From NCBI GenBank assembly GCA_973895155.1, contig OZ316895.1:15692816-15756815 (forward strand): a stretch of 64,000 bases of DNA, in the 5' to 3' direction. A model generated the notes under the pieces. The model searched no databases. It had not been told where the DNA came from and saw nothing but the letters and a program-made list of their open reading frames with translations. Below are positions 24,121 to 35,184 of this stretch, one piece after another. Source of the DNA: Marsupella aquatica (lineage: Eukaryota; Plantae; Marchantiophyta). A program made the translations under genes and the position numbers. The first letter of the stretch is position 1. Each line of letters opens with the position of its first letter.

Positions 24121-25683
24121 TGCAATTGAATGAGCAGACTGGGCAACCTTCTCAGATAAGAAAGTTGAATGAATGTGACGTCACGTTGACTGACATTGAT
24201 CTTGGTTTTGTAAAAATAGAATTTTCCAAGGTCCCATGAACCAGTGTACTCAAGTAGAGTTCAATTCATTAGTAAATCTAGTGTAAGTTTCTGGGGGGCA
24301 GATCGACGGACTACAATTATGTGTATTCAGATCCCCATCTAGCGCATGAGATCCCAGCATGCACATCTCCAATAGATAAGTTAGAAGTCAACATAATTAT
24401 GTAGTAGGGTACTCCCGAGGATAGTGAGAGTGTAGGACTCGGTTACAGTAGATTTCTTTTGCGATAATCAAACAATGAGCAGCCATGCAGCTAGCAATTC
24501 AACGACATCAGTCAAACTCCAGATTAGTCTGAACTGTATTTGTCTTCTCTGAAGATATGTACAAACTTATTTTGCAGGATGATACCGGGGATGATACTAA
24601 CAACAGACAAATGTTAAAAAAGCTTGAAAACGATTGCTCTCCAACAATTGAGTGTCTGTAATTGACTGGAGAAGACTGTTGTATGGGCAATCTCCTACAT
24701 ACCTTTCAATCCCTGAATTCAGACTTCACAGTATCTCAAAGTAAGGCCCTCTGTCCTCGTATCTTGTGAGTGAGTTCAAAAGATTGGACTCTAACTTAGA
24801 GGATAAGCTAACTAAGGATATTAACTTAAGCTCTCAGTTTGCAGAAGAAGCAGTCATTGATAACAACGACGATGCTGAAAGGTAAATGATCTAAGGGATT
24901 GCAGAGTCTAGTGCGCAGTAAGATGCAGTGAGATGCTGAGTGCGTGCGATATGCCAGACATTCGATCAATATATACTTTGCCGACTTGCATTCAAACTGA
25001 CTAATCGAACGCGGATAGTGGTCTACTGTCGATTGCACCGAGGAGTTATGATTCTTTCCTTGAAGAATTTTATCCGATATAATAATTATATTGAACTTTT
25101 CTGTACAGGATCCGAGACCGGATCGCCGGATCAGAGCGGATCGTTGCGCTATTGACAATATTATGCACAATGAAAAGCAGTCCTCATGGAAATATTCCAG
25201 TGCCGCTTGTCGCTGGTATCGACTTACCAACTAAACAAATATTGCTTTGCTACTTAACATTTTGTAATTTACAGTCGTAAGATTGAATGGCTACTGTATT
25301 CGCGTCGCACTTTGGCGTTTAATAGAATTGGCCTCAAACCCTCTTCCCCACCATTTGTGACGTTGACACGTCATACAAAATTGTTTGGCTCTTAAAATTC
25401 TCGGAAGGCTCTTGACCAAGTCATGTTCAAGCAAGCTAGTAACTCTTCTCAAAGAATGCTGGGGTGTGGAGTACTGAGCCGTCAGTTTTGCTAAGCGAGG
25501 AGCACGGGTGCGAAGACATTTGACGAAGTTTAATTCCCTCCTCGATCGATGTTCTCTGATCGAGTCATATCGACAACTCCAAGAATGTCGTAGCAAAGAC
25601 TTTAGCAGGAGCTGAGTCTACAGTATTGTTTGTACAACGTGGTGTCAATGGAATTGATTGACAATCTATTAATTACACAATGA

Positions 25684-27685
25684 CTAACTTGAATTCGAGC
25701 TTGAATTGATATTGCTGGAGCTATACAGAGAGAATAGACTGGTAAAATCAGCATCAGCTTTGAGTTCGCCCAAGCAAGAGGCACGAACTTGCAGAAGAGC
25801 GAGCTTCTGATCGCTTTGGCAAGGACCCGGCAAAATGACAAGGCTGTCGAACAATCGTCGAGGGACAGGGTTTGTCAGGGCACAAGTTGGATTCCCCCAT
25901 CCGAAATCCAATTCGTAAAGGGGCAGAAAGGTCCAGACTGTCGCAGCGAAATAGTGCTCCAAAGAAAGCCCCTGCTCATGTTTTGTAGAGGAGAGCCTCT
26001 GAAATTCAACCCAATCGATCAGCGACTGGAAAAACTCGCGACAGCTGACCTGTTCCACTGAGCTTCGCAGCAAGCCTGCAATGCTGGACAGCGTAGCATT
26101 TGCCAAGCTTTCCTCCGTGCTCATTGCACATGCACAGCCTACGACGTTGCCGAAGTATCCGGGCGGCAAATCTAGAAACTTTCGTCCTTCCACAAACATG
26201 AAAAGCCTGCTGAAGTTGTCTTCATCGTGAGGTTCTTCGATTCGTCGTGCTTTAGCTAGCAAGCGCCAGAAGTGTGCCAAGAAACTCTCTTCCCCTGTAA
26301 ATGACCTCCTCTGTCGGACTGCTCTCGAGCCAATTTCTCCTAAGCCGTTGTCTAGAGCAGCATTGTGGGGCTCCTGAGCGCTCTCGCCTGAATGCTTGTT
26401 GGCTTCCTCTTTCAGATTCTTCGTGGCAGCTCTGCCGATATTGAAAGCGCTAAGAGCAGTGTGAGGATCCGACGGCATCTCGTGCGGGCCTCTCGTGATA
26501 CGAGCAACGTTGGACCATTGCTCTGCAATAGTGACGTCCAGCTCGTTCCGGGCCCTCACGAGATGCCTGGTGTGAACGGGACGCAGGGACGGCTGCGTCT
26601 TCCCGAACGCCAACTCCGCCCAGGACTTGAGAAAGTGGGCTCCAGATCGTACGTCTGCCACCGTGTGATGCCAATTCGCGGCTAAAACCATGCTGTCGCA
26701 TTTGAAGCGAGTTGCCTGCGAAACCCATTTTCCACTCACGCTCAGACTCATTCCAGACCCCTAACATTTTAGAGACCAATTTCCGAGAATCTTTTACTAG
26801 AACGGAATTCCTTCAAACTTCCGCTGAAACATTTCAAAAAGCTATCAAAATACACAAACAGAATGATTAAACTGAGCAATAGCGACCGACAACGGAGACC
26901 TCTCGAGAGTACCAAAACTTGGCCTACATGTAACTATACAGAAAATTCTTTCTAGCTACTCATGAAACTCGTTGTCAAAGAATATCCTTTGGCAATTTTT
27001 CATTTTCGATCGAAAAACACAACGAAATAAAAGCACAACAATTTCTAAACTTTGCTGCTCATCGAATTAAACAGTGGCTGCGCGAAGAAATGTCTGATAC
27101 ATCGATGAACTTTGTTTTGTAACTTGTTTCTGACGAAGACATGGCGAAGAGCAAATATTGGACCAACAGGACGATGACGAGCACACTGCATCATGCGTGT
27201 TCGTAGCATCAGACTAAAATCTACTAATGTTAAAAACGTACTTGAATGATCAGCGCTGGCATTGGCGAGTCTTGTGCGGGAATATATAGGGGTCCGCCTC
27301 CAATTTCTGCCGCTTCTAATCCAGACAGGGTGGACATGTGCTGAATGAGTTCTATATCTTCCAAGCGTTGATCTACGGAGGCCTCGGTGAAGATTGCTCC
27401 AGCACCGTTGCAGTGAAGATTCACCAGTCCGTGCTCTTGGACACCTAGTTGTCCAGCCATCGGGTAGAAGTCCACTAGCACCCGAGCTAGGGAAGATTTC
27501 AAGGTCTCCAACAACTCTCCATAGCTCCGCTGCAAGCCTGTTTCGTAGACCAAGAGTACTCTCAAGTAGCTGGGCATTACTACTCGATCCAAGTTGGAAA
27601 GTGGCAGCCAATGCTCTCGGACTGGCTTCGCCGGGACAACCATTGTCGTATAGGCCCTGGCTACCTCCATATCACACAGATACAT
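25684..27685 (-). CDS. BAHD acyl-CoA acyltransferase, ~491 aa, 2 exons
   Basis: Exons 27685-27242 and 26715-25684, joined at the conserved BAHD 'Q' intron (IIQ|ATRFKC). Motifs LPLSNLD, LARVLVDFYPMAG, CNGAGA, HTVAD (HxxxD), GYFGN, DFGWG. The start could be M at 27670. Confidence 0.95.
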
Positions 27686-28849
27686 CCGCTAGCCTCCAGG
27701 CTTGACGACGCTGACAAACTACAAAGTACTGATGAGATTTTTGCAATTCCCAGTGCTAACAACAATTCTCAATCTCTCCAGTTAATTGCACCGACTTGAC
27801 TGTCTCAAGCACAAACCCAAATAGTCAATCTCCCGTATGCCAAAGTCGATGGACTTCGGGATCGATCGATCAGCTGAGGGAACTCCTCGTATAGAGAGCC
27901 AGGGGGAATTCCGAGTTTGCACCTTCGATCGATAGTGCATCCTTTTGTATCCAAGAACTCAGCCCCGTGGGGCACATCGAATGTTGACCGGTGCCACTTT
28001 TATTTTCCGACATTCCCATGCAAGCTTCAATAGTCGACTCTTGGACTATCACGGAAAATCGAGGATCTTCCGAATCTCACGCCACGATGTCGTCTACCCA
28101 TTTGAATGATGCACTGAATTCGCGTCCTATTCCACGCCCAAGTACTTTCGTGATAAACAGATTCCTCCGATACGCGTTCTACTGGTCTAAATTGATGGAT
28201 CACCCACATTGGGTATTTGTGTAGTTGAAGAGATTACCAGACACGCCTAGGCTCAAGATGACGAAGAATCAGCAGGAGAAATTGAACGAGACCACACGGG
28301 ACTGGAGCGCACAAAGCCTTTACGTCAACCCCTAATGACCCGGGGACTGTGCTGGGAGGGGGACGCAGAAGGATTGAATGTGTGTCCACAGCGGGATCAG
28401 ACACAAAATCAATCACGCAACAAGGAGATCGAGCTCGGAAACTGCTCGGGAAATCAACAGCCGAAATGGTCATGCTGCGTGGTCAGAGCTAAGGCATACT
28501 AGAGAACGATATTGCGGCCACGCAGCTGCTGCCACCATCGAAAACTATCGGCATATTCTTCATGACATGTGGCAAAAGTTTCTCAGCTCTATTCAACTCG
28601 ATTCGATTCCGGCGAGAAGCTGCACAGTATGGTGTGGGTACAACGCGATCGACGACTAGTGCAGTCACACACTCACTTACAACAGAAGGCCAACTCTACT
28701 AGCATGCAGTCAACTCTGCACGCGCTGGCTCGGTCCAAGCTGCTGTGCTGCTCCATCACCTATTCACCTCGGTCGACTATGATGACTCCGTCGTTGATTG
28801 AGCGTTGGTTTTCCCAAAAGCGCGAAGCAACTGAGTGCGTCCGTGTTGT

Positions 28850-29800
28850 CCTCTGAGTGCGTCCTTTTTGTAGTCTGTGTGCCCGTTTTTGTACTTAGTA
28901 CATATTGATTTGTTTCCTCAAAAGTAGATAACTTTGTGGGCCATGGCCCATGGGAATTGTGCATTCCACAAATGTGTGGGCTAGCCAAAGAATTGCAACT
29001 TGCAAGTCAAATCAGGGAAAATATTGTCATCATGAACGTGTCATTGAGTGCACCCTTTTTGTCCGGGTAGATTGATTTCTTTCCGCAAATGTAGATAACT
29101 ATGTGGGCCATAGGTTGCTTTTGCCTTTGGAACCCTATCTGCACGTTTGGGGTTTTTCCTGGGGTTTTTGTTCTTTTGCATTGTGATGTATTTGCCATGG
29201 AGTTGTGCATTCCACAAAAATGTTGAAGGGAGGTAAAGAATTGCGAGTGAGGTGAGAAAATATTGTCATTGTCAATGTATCATTGCGTGCACCCTTTTTG
29301 TATTGTGAGTGCGCCTTTTTTGTACTCAGTAGATGATTTGTTTCCACAAAAGTACATAACTATGCGGGCCATCGAGTTATGCATTCCACAGAAATGTTTG
29401 GGCTAGCCACAGATTTGCAAGTGAAATCAATTAAATATTGTCATGATGAACGTGTCATCAAGTGCACCCTTTTTATATTCTCAGTGTGCGGGTAGATTGA
29501 TTTGTTTCCGAAAAAGTACATAGCTATTTGGGCCATGGAGTTGTGCATTCCACAAAAATGCTGAAGGGAGGTAAAGAATTGCGAGTGAGGTGAGAAAATA
29601 TTGTCATTGTCAATGTATCATTGCGTCAATTTCTGTATTGTGAGAACGCCCTCTTTGTACTCAGTAGATGATTTGTTTCCACAAAAGTACATAACTATGC
29701 GGGCCATCGAGTTGTGCATTCCACAGAAATGTTTGGGAGAGGCAAAGAATTGCAAGTGAAGTAATCTTGAAAATATTGTCATTGTAAATGTATCATTGAG
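28850..29800. repeat. Tandem array of five ~165-175-bp monomers with alternating A/B variants
   Basis: Anchor tagatgatttgtttcc-like at ~28898, 29068, 29329, 29493, 29665; gggccat..gtgcattccaca and aatattgtcat recur in each unit. Confidence 0.9.
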
Positions 29801-32559
29801 ATTTTCTACTCTTTTCTTTACTTTCTTCTCTTCTTTCGTTTCTTTTATTGTGGGCAGGCAGGTGAGGCAAGAGGGGTGTCTGAGTGGGTCTGACCTCGGA
29901 TCTGAGAATGCAAAAAGTCGCTGAACTCCAAGTAGGGGGGAATTAACAGGTAATCAAAAGTAGCCATTCTATTACCCAAGGAAAATACTCCATACAGAAA
30001 GAACGGAGAAGAGAAGAAAAAAACTGTACCCCTCTCAATCCCACAAACATCCTTAAAGCACGTCTCCCCAAAACAACCTCCCCTCGCCCCAAAACCACCT
30101 CCAATATGTATGCCTTGCTTCCAGACTTATGTGGCAAGAGCCCATTGCCCGTGTATTGCACAATTGTCATTACAGTAGTTTCATTGTTGCGGTCATTACA
30201 TTGTTGGAATCAATTTATCATTGTGGCCATTTTACTCTTGCAAGCATTGTGTCATTGGTCAATGATGTTCTTGCAAAAGAATTTAGTATTTAGTGTCAAT
30301 ATCACTTGGAAATTCTTCCTAGAGAAAGAATAGAAAAATAAGAATTTTGTTCCCCTCTAGTTCTGTTCACTCTTAGATACATAATTTCTTTTCAACTCAA
30401 CACTCTAATGCGTGTAGCTCACTTTGTATCATTTTCTTTTTGTGAATGGAGCAATTATATGTCGATATAATGTGGGCTTACTTAGAGTACGTCTAAAATT
30501 TACGTCAAGTTAATGCACTCTAGCTGTACACCAAATCATAAACCAATTCACTATATTTATGAAGGGCATGTGTCTTGGTTCATGTTCTGGCTGTACAAGT
30601 GACGTAGATCTAACGCGTGGAAGAACTTAGATTTTCATTTCAGACCCACCAACCTTGATAACCACATGTCAACTCAACAGTCAACTTTAAATGAACTTGA
30701 GATTGGAATCTTTTTATGGATGTTAGACATGGGTCTAGGTGTGGGTGGAGGCCCATCTATGTCTCAAGCTATGATTTGCTCTTATTATGCTTTTCACCAG
30801 ATCATGGCTAGGAAAATGTAAGGTTTAAATCAAAAGTTACTTCCAAAAGTGCATTTCGTACAATGAGGGGAAAAAGGGATTATATTATAGTGTTTAGATA
30901 GAGTCTCTCCATACATACCCGAAATCAAAGAGCCCAATACAATTTGATGTGGGGCACACATGGGTGCCCCTTGAGTTCCCCTAATACCCATTTCACCCCA
31001 CCATGATGGGCACTTGGCAAGCCAGCATCAATTCCCAAAGTGCCTTGGGACTTGAGTCTGGCTGCTCCATCATCTCTCTCAAGGCCAGGGTGATTGACCT
31101 CTTCTTTCTACCTTTTCCAGATATAATGGACTACTTCTGATTTTAATCCATTGTCACAATCAGTTCGTGCCTTTTCCATTTCATAAACAAATGATCTCCC
31201 ATAAGAGTCGCAAACAATTCAACAGCAATACCACCTAGCATGGGGACCTCTACATGCAAAAGTTGAGTGTCACATTATGGAGGTCCGAGAAAGTGGGAAT
31301 GCACTCTAGTCGCTCGATGAAATGGCCCACTGTTTATTGCAAGGGTAACTTTTGACTGTGCATCCAAAACCTCCTGCCGCATTTCCAGCTCCATCTTACT
31401 ATAAAAGCGCAAACTAAGTCTACTCTTAAGGGCCTAGGGTCTAGAGTGAAGTCTCTGGACTGTAATCCTTAATTCACACAAAAGTGATCATCAGTGTCAA
31501 TAAAAAAAAATTAAATGAGGATAGACAACTGAAATGACGGTGGACAAAAACAATAATTGACTGAAATAGCATGAAATATTATTATGCAAACTCATTTTCT
31601 CTCATATATATCTATTTATGTTCAAGGAACAGGAAATGGGGCTAGTATCTCCTACTGTGGAGAGTAAACTCATGTAATAGGGATCTTCTCATTCTCCTAC
31701 TGTGGAGAGATCCAAATGCCCAAGGGTTAGTGCCATAAGGAGTTCTGCAAAAATCTGGGAACCCAAATTGAAGTGTCAATTGAGTTGAGTCCAGGCTGAG
31801 TGAGCACAGATGGCACCAAATGCCGAGCTCCATTGACTCAAAGTTCATTTCTTGAAATTGTTGTCTCGCTTATGGACACTTTGTCCCTGGGAATCAATGT
31901 ACGGTTACAATATTTTAAGAAATGTGAGCTAACTGCATTGCTAAATTAGTTTTTTGCATTCAAGTTGATCACATTTTAGGTGATTTGTCTGGTGGTACAA
32001 ACTGTCAATGAAGAGCCCCAGACCTAAGGTTCAGGCTTGTGCCACCTTATGTTCCCTAGTAGGTGAGTTTGTTGTTCGAGTGCCCCACCAAAAATTAGGA
32101 TAGCATACAATAACAACGTTTATTATACTTAAAGATAGCTTTTGCATGGTCCGCTGACCTAGGCCAGAAGAAAGGAATCTTGAATATGGGCTTTGCAATA
32201 ATACAACTATGTTACATATGAGGCATGTGTCTAAGTGAGTGGACTATTTCACAATAGCGTTCCTCTTAGACTTTCATCTTGGGATCCAACATCAGACAAA
32301 CATGACACTTTCTTTATTCTTTAATTCTTTATTGGACATGTGGGGCTACAATAGCCCCGAAGATTAAAGATGAATAATCATTTCAGGAATCTAGATTTTC
32401 CATGCAATCTAATCAGAAAGATCTTGAAATTGAAACTCCTGTTGAATAGACTGTTTGGTCTATAAGACTCCCATAGACCACATTCACCAAAAAGTGTTCT
32501 GGTGGGACAGAGGGGACTAACACAGTCAATACCAAGTACTGGGCCCTGCACAAACGGAC

Positions 32560-33560
32560 CACATAGGGCAGAAGACACCACATTGCACCAGAGTGCCTGG
32601 GGAGGGAAAGGTATGCAACCCAAGATTCTATCATTTGTATTTCTCCCACTGTTGAACTCAGCTAAAATCCCCTCAATAGGAGCCTGCCACTACTCATAAA
32701 GGTGAGCCTGATGTCCAGCCTTCTCAACCATCTCAGTGAGGAGCAAAGACCAACTCAGATATTAGGTAAGACTCGCCTGACTGCTTGTTACTTGAATGTA
32801 AATAGAGGTGAGAGCAAAAAGAGCAGAAGCGACCACACAATACCAAAGTGCCTGGGGAGAGAAAGGCTTGAGCAACTCCATATTCTTTCATTTCTTTCTC
32901 TCCCATCATTGCACCCAACTAGAAGCCCCTGGGGAGAGAATGGCTTGAGCAACTCCATATTCTTTCATTTCTTTCTCTCCCATCATTGCACCCAACTATA
33001 AGCCCCTCAATAGTAGGCCCCCACGACTCATAATGCGGGTGACCTTGCTGTCTAACCTTCTCACTCATCTCAGTGAGGAGAGAAGATCAACCCAAATAGA
33101 TAAGACTAGCCTGATTGCTTGTTAATTACATGTAAATAGAGGTGAGAGCACATAGAGCAGAAGCAACCACACAATACCAATGGGCCTGGGGAGTGAAAGG
33201 CTAGCAGTAACCCCAAATTCTATCATCTCCTTCTCTCTCATCATTGCACCCAACCAAAACCCTCTCATTATTAGCCCCCCACTACTCAGGATGCGGATGA
33301 CCAAGCTGTCTAACCTTCCCAACCATCTCAGTGAGGAGCAAAGATCAACCCAAACAGAGTAAGACTAGCCTGATTGCTTGTTACTTAATTGAATGTAAAT
33401 AGAGGTGAGAGCACAGAGAGCAAAAGCAACCACACTTTACCAAAGCGCCTGGGAAGAGAAGGGCCAGCTGCAGTCCCAAATCCTATCTCACATCATCGCA
33501 CCCAACCATAACCCCGTCAATAGTAGCCCCCCTCTACTCATGACACGGGTGCGCACTATC
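32560..33560. repeat. Tandem array of ~258-bp units (~3.5-4 copies) with a nested 77-bp duplication
   Basis: ctcagtgaggag at 32732, 33069, 33327; tgtaaatagaggtgagagca repeated; cctggggagagaa...ttgcacccaacta duplicated at 32851 and 32928. Confidence 0.9.
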
Positions 33561-35184
33561 TCACTTTGAAGCAAAGGTATGACTCGCCTGCCCACCCATT
33601 CTATACACATAAATGGAAATGAGGAGAAAAAAGGCATTTAGTCAATTATTCACATTCAAATATTTTCCAGTGACTTGTCCCCAATCTCTCCTTGTTTTCC
33701 TCACACACGATACTTTACTTATATCCCCAGCGTAACATTTTAGATAGGAGACTTTGAGAGTAAACTTGAATCATGATTATATATTTACATACCATCACTG
33801 CTATCTAATTATATAATTGTTTAGGTTCCCTCCAGACTTTAGGACACATGCGACAAGAAGTGGTGCTCATTTACCTACTCCTCAACAACAGAGATTATGC
33901 ATTGAGCTTACCGTGGTTCAAGATGACAGGCAGATCTTAGCCAATGTTCTGAGGCCAACCATTTGCCCCTGAAGATCGGGATGATAATGGCATAGATGGG
34001 GGCAGTAATGGCATAGGTTATTATGACCAAAATGATGAATTATGCAGCACAAACATTATCAAATAGGTTTCTCCCCTTTGCCTATTTTCATCAGCACTTT
34101 GATGGGCACCTTGTACAAATATTTCATAACACTCACGATGAGACATGTACATGGGACCACTTTAATGAGCAAATTTTATAGGACAACCATTATTTGTCTT
34201 GATAATATAGTCAGCAAATTTCATGGTACCATTAATATTTGTTTTAGACAGTACACTTTAATCAGCAAAATTTCATGTGATCATCACCATTTGTGTTCCA
34301 CAGTACACTTTAATCAACAAATGTCAATCATGTTAAACACGTGCACAATCGAGCAGTACTCCATTCTAGATTTTTTTCCTTTTGCGTACTTCTCTTGAAT
34401 AGGAGAATATTTCTCATCTGAATTGGTTGCCCTTTGAAGTTGTTTTTTGGATAAATACGTCTATTGCATTCACTCTGTACTTTGTCTCAAACTTTTTGTA
34501 CGCAAAGTTACCATGCTTTATCTCCATTGCTCTTTCTCACCGACTTCATCACCCCCCCCCCCCCCCCCCCCTTGCAAACAAGAGCCCACCACAAGCTCGA
34601 AAGAAGGAAGTTCAATTTCCATAAATCACAAAACCCAGTATTTCAGCTAGAAACTATAAGTTTCGAACTTGTGAAACACAAAACCCAGTTATAAGTTTCG
34701 AACTTCTGAAACAGCAACTCCATGTATTTCAGACAATGTACAAGCCTTCTTAAGCATACTGTACAATGACATTAATGGTCTGTTTCAACTAGAGCTTACA
34801 TGTAGTTCTCCTTGAGACGTACTCTTTAATAGCATGTACATTTCCCTGGGAATTTTCGTCATTTTTCTAACTTTCGGCTCTCACTACCACTTCACAACCT
34901 TGCTGACGATCGTGCTGATTTGATGGTTCAAAACGTGGAATCATAACGTAGAATCATGGTGGATAACCGGATTGCAAGAATACTTTATCCTGTGAGCAAT
35001 CTCCGGAAATGATCCGTTTGAATTGGCTGAAATGGACGGCAGAACGATGGAGCACCTGAGAACCCCCTCCGCATCCTACAACTTCACAGCTCCAAAAGGT
35101 ACCCTAAACCCTAAACTGTCCTGTGTATACACAATAAACATGTGGGAAGAGATGTGAACAACGCTTCCACTTGAAGCAAGAGAA

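Noticed and set aside
31100-32480. Transposase or Ulp1-protease remnant
   Set aside because: Coding-like composition, but no motif could be read convincingly.
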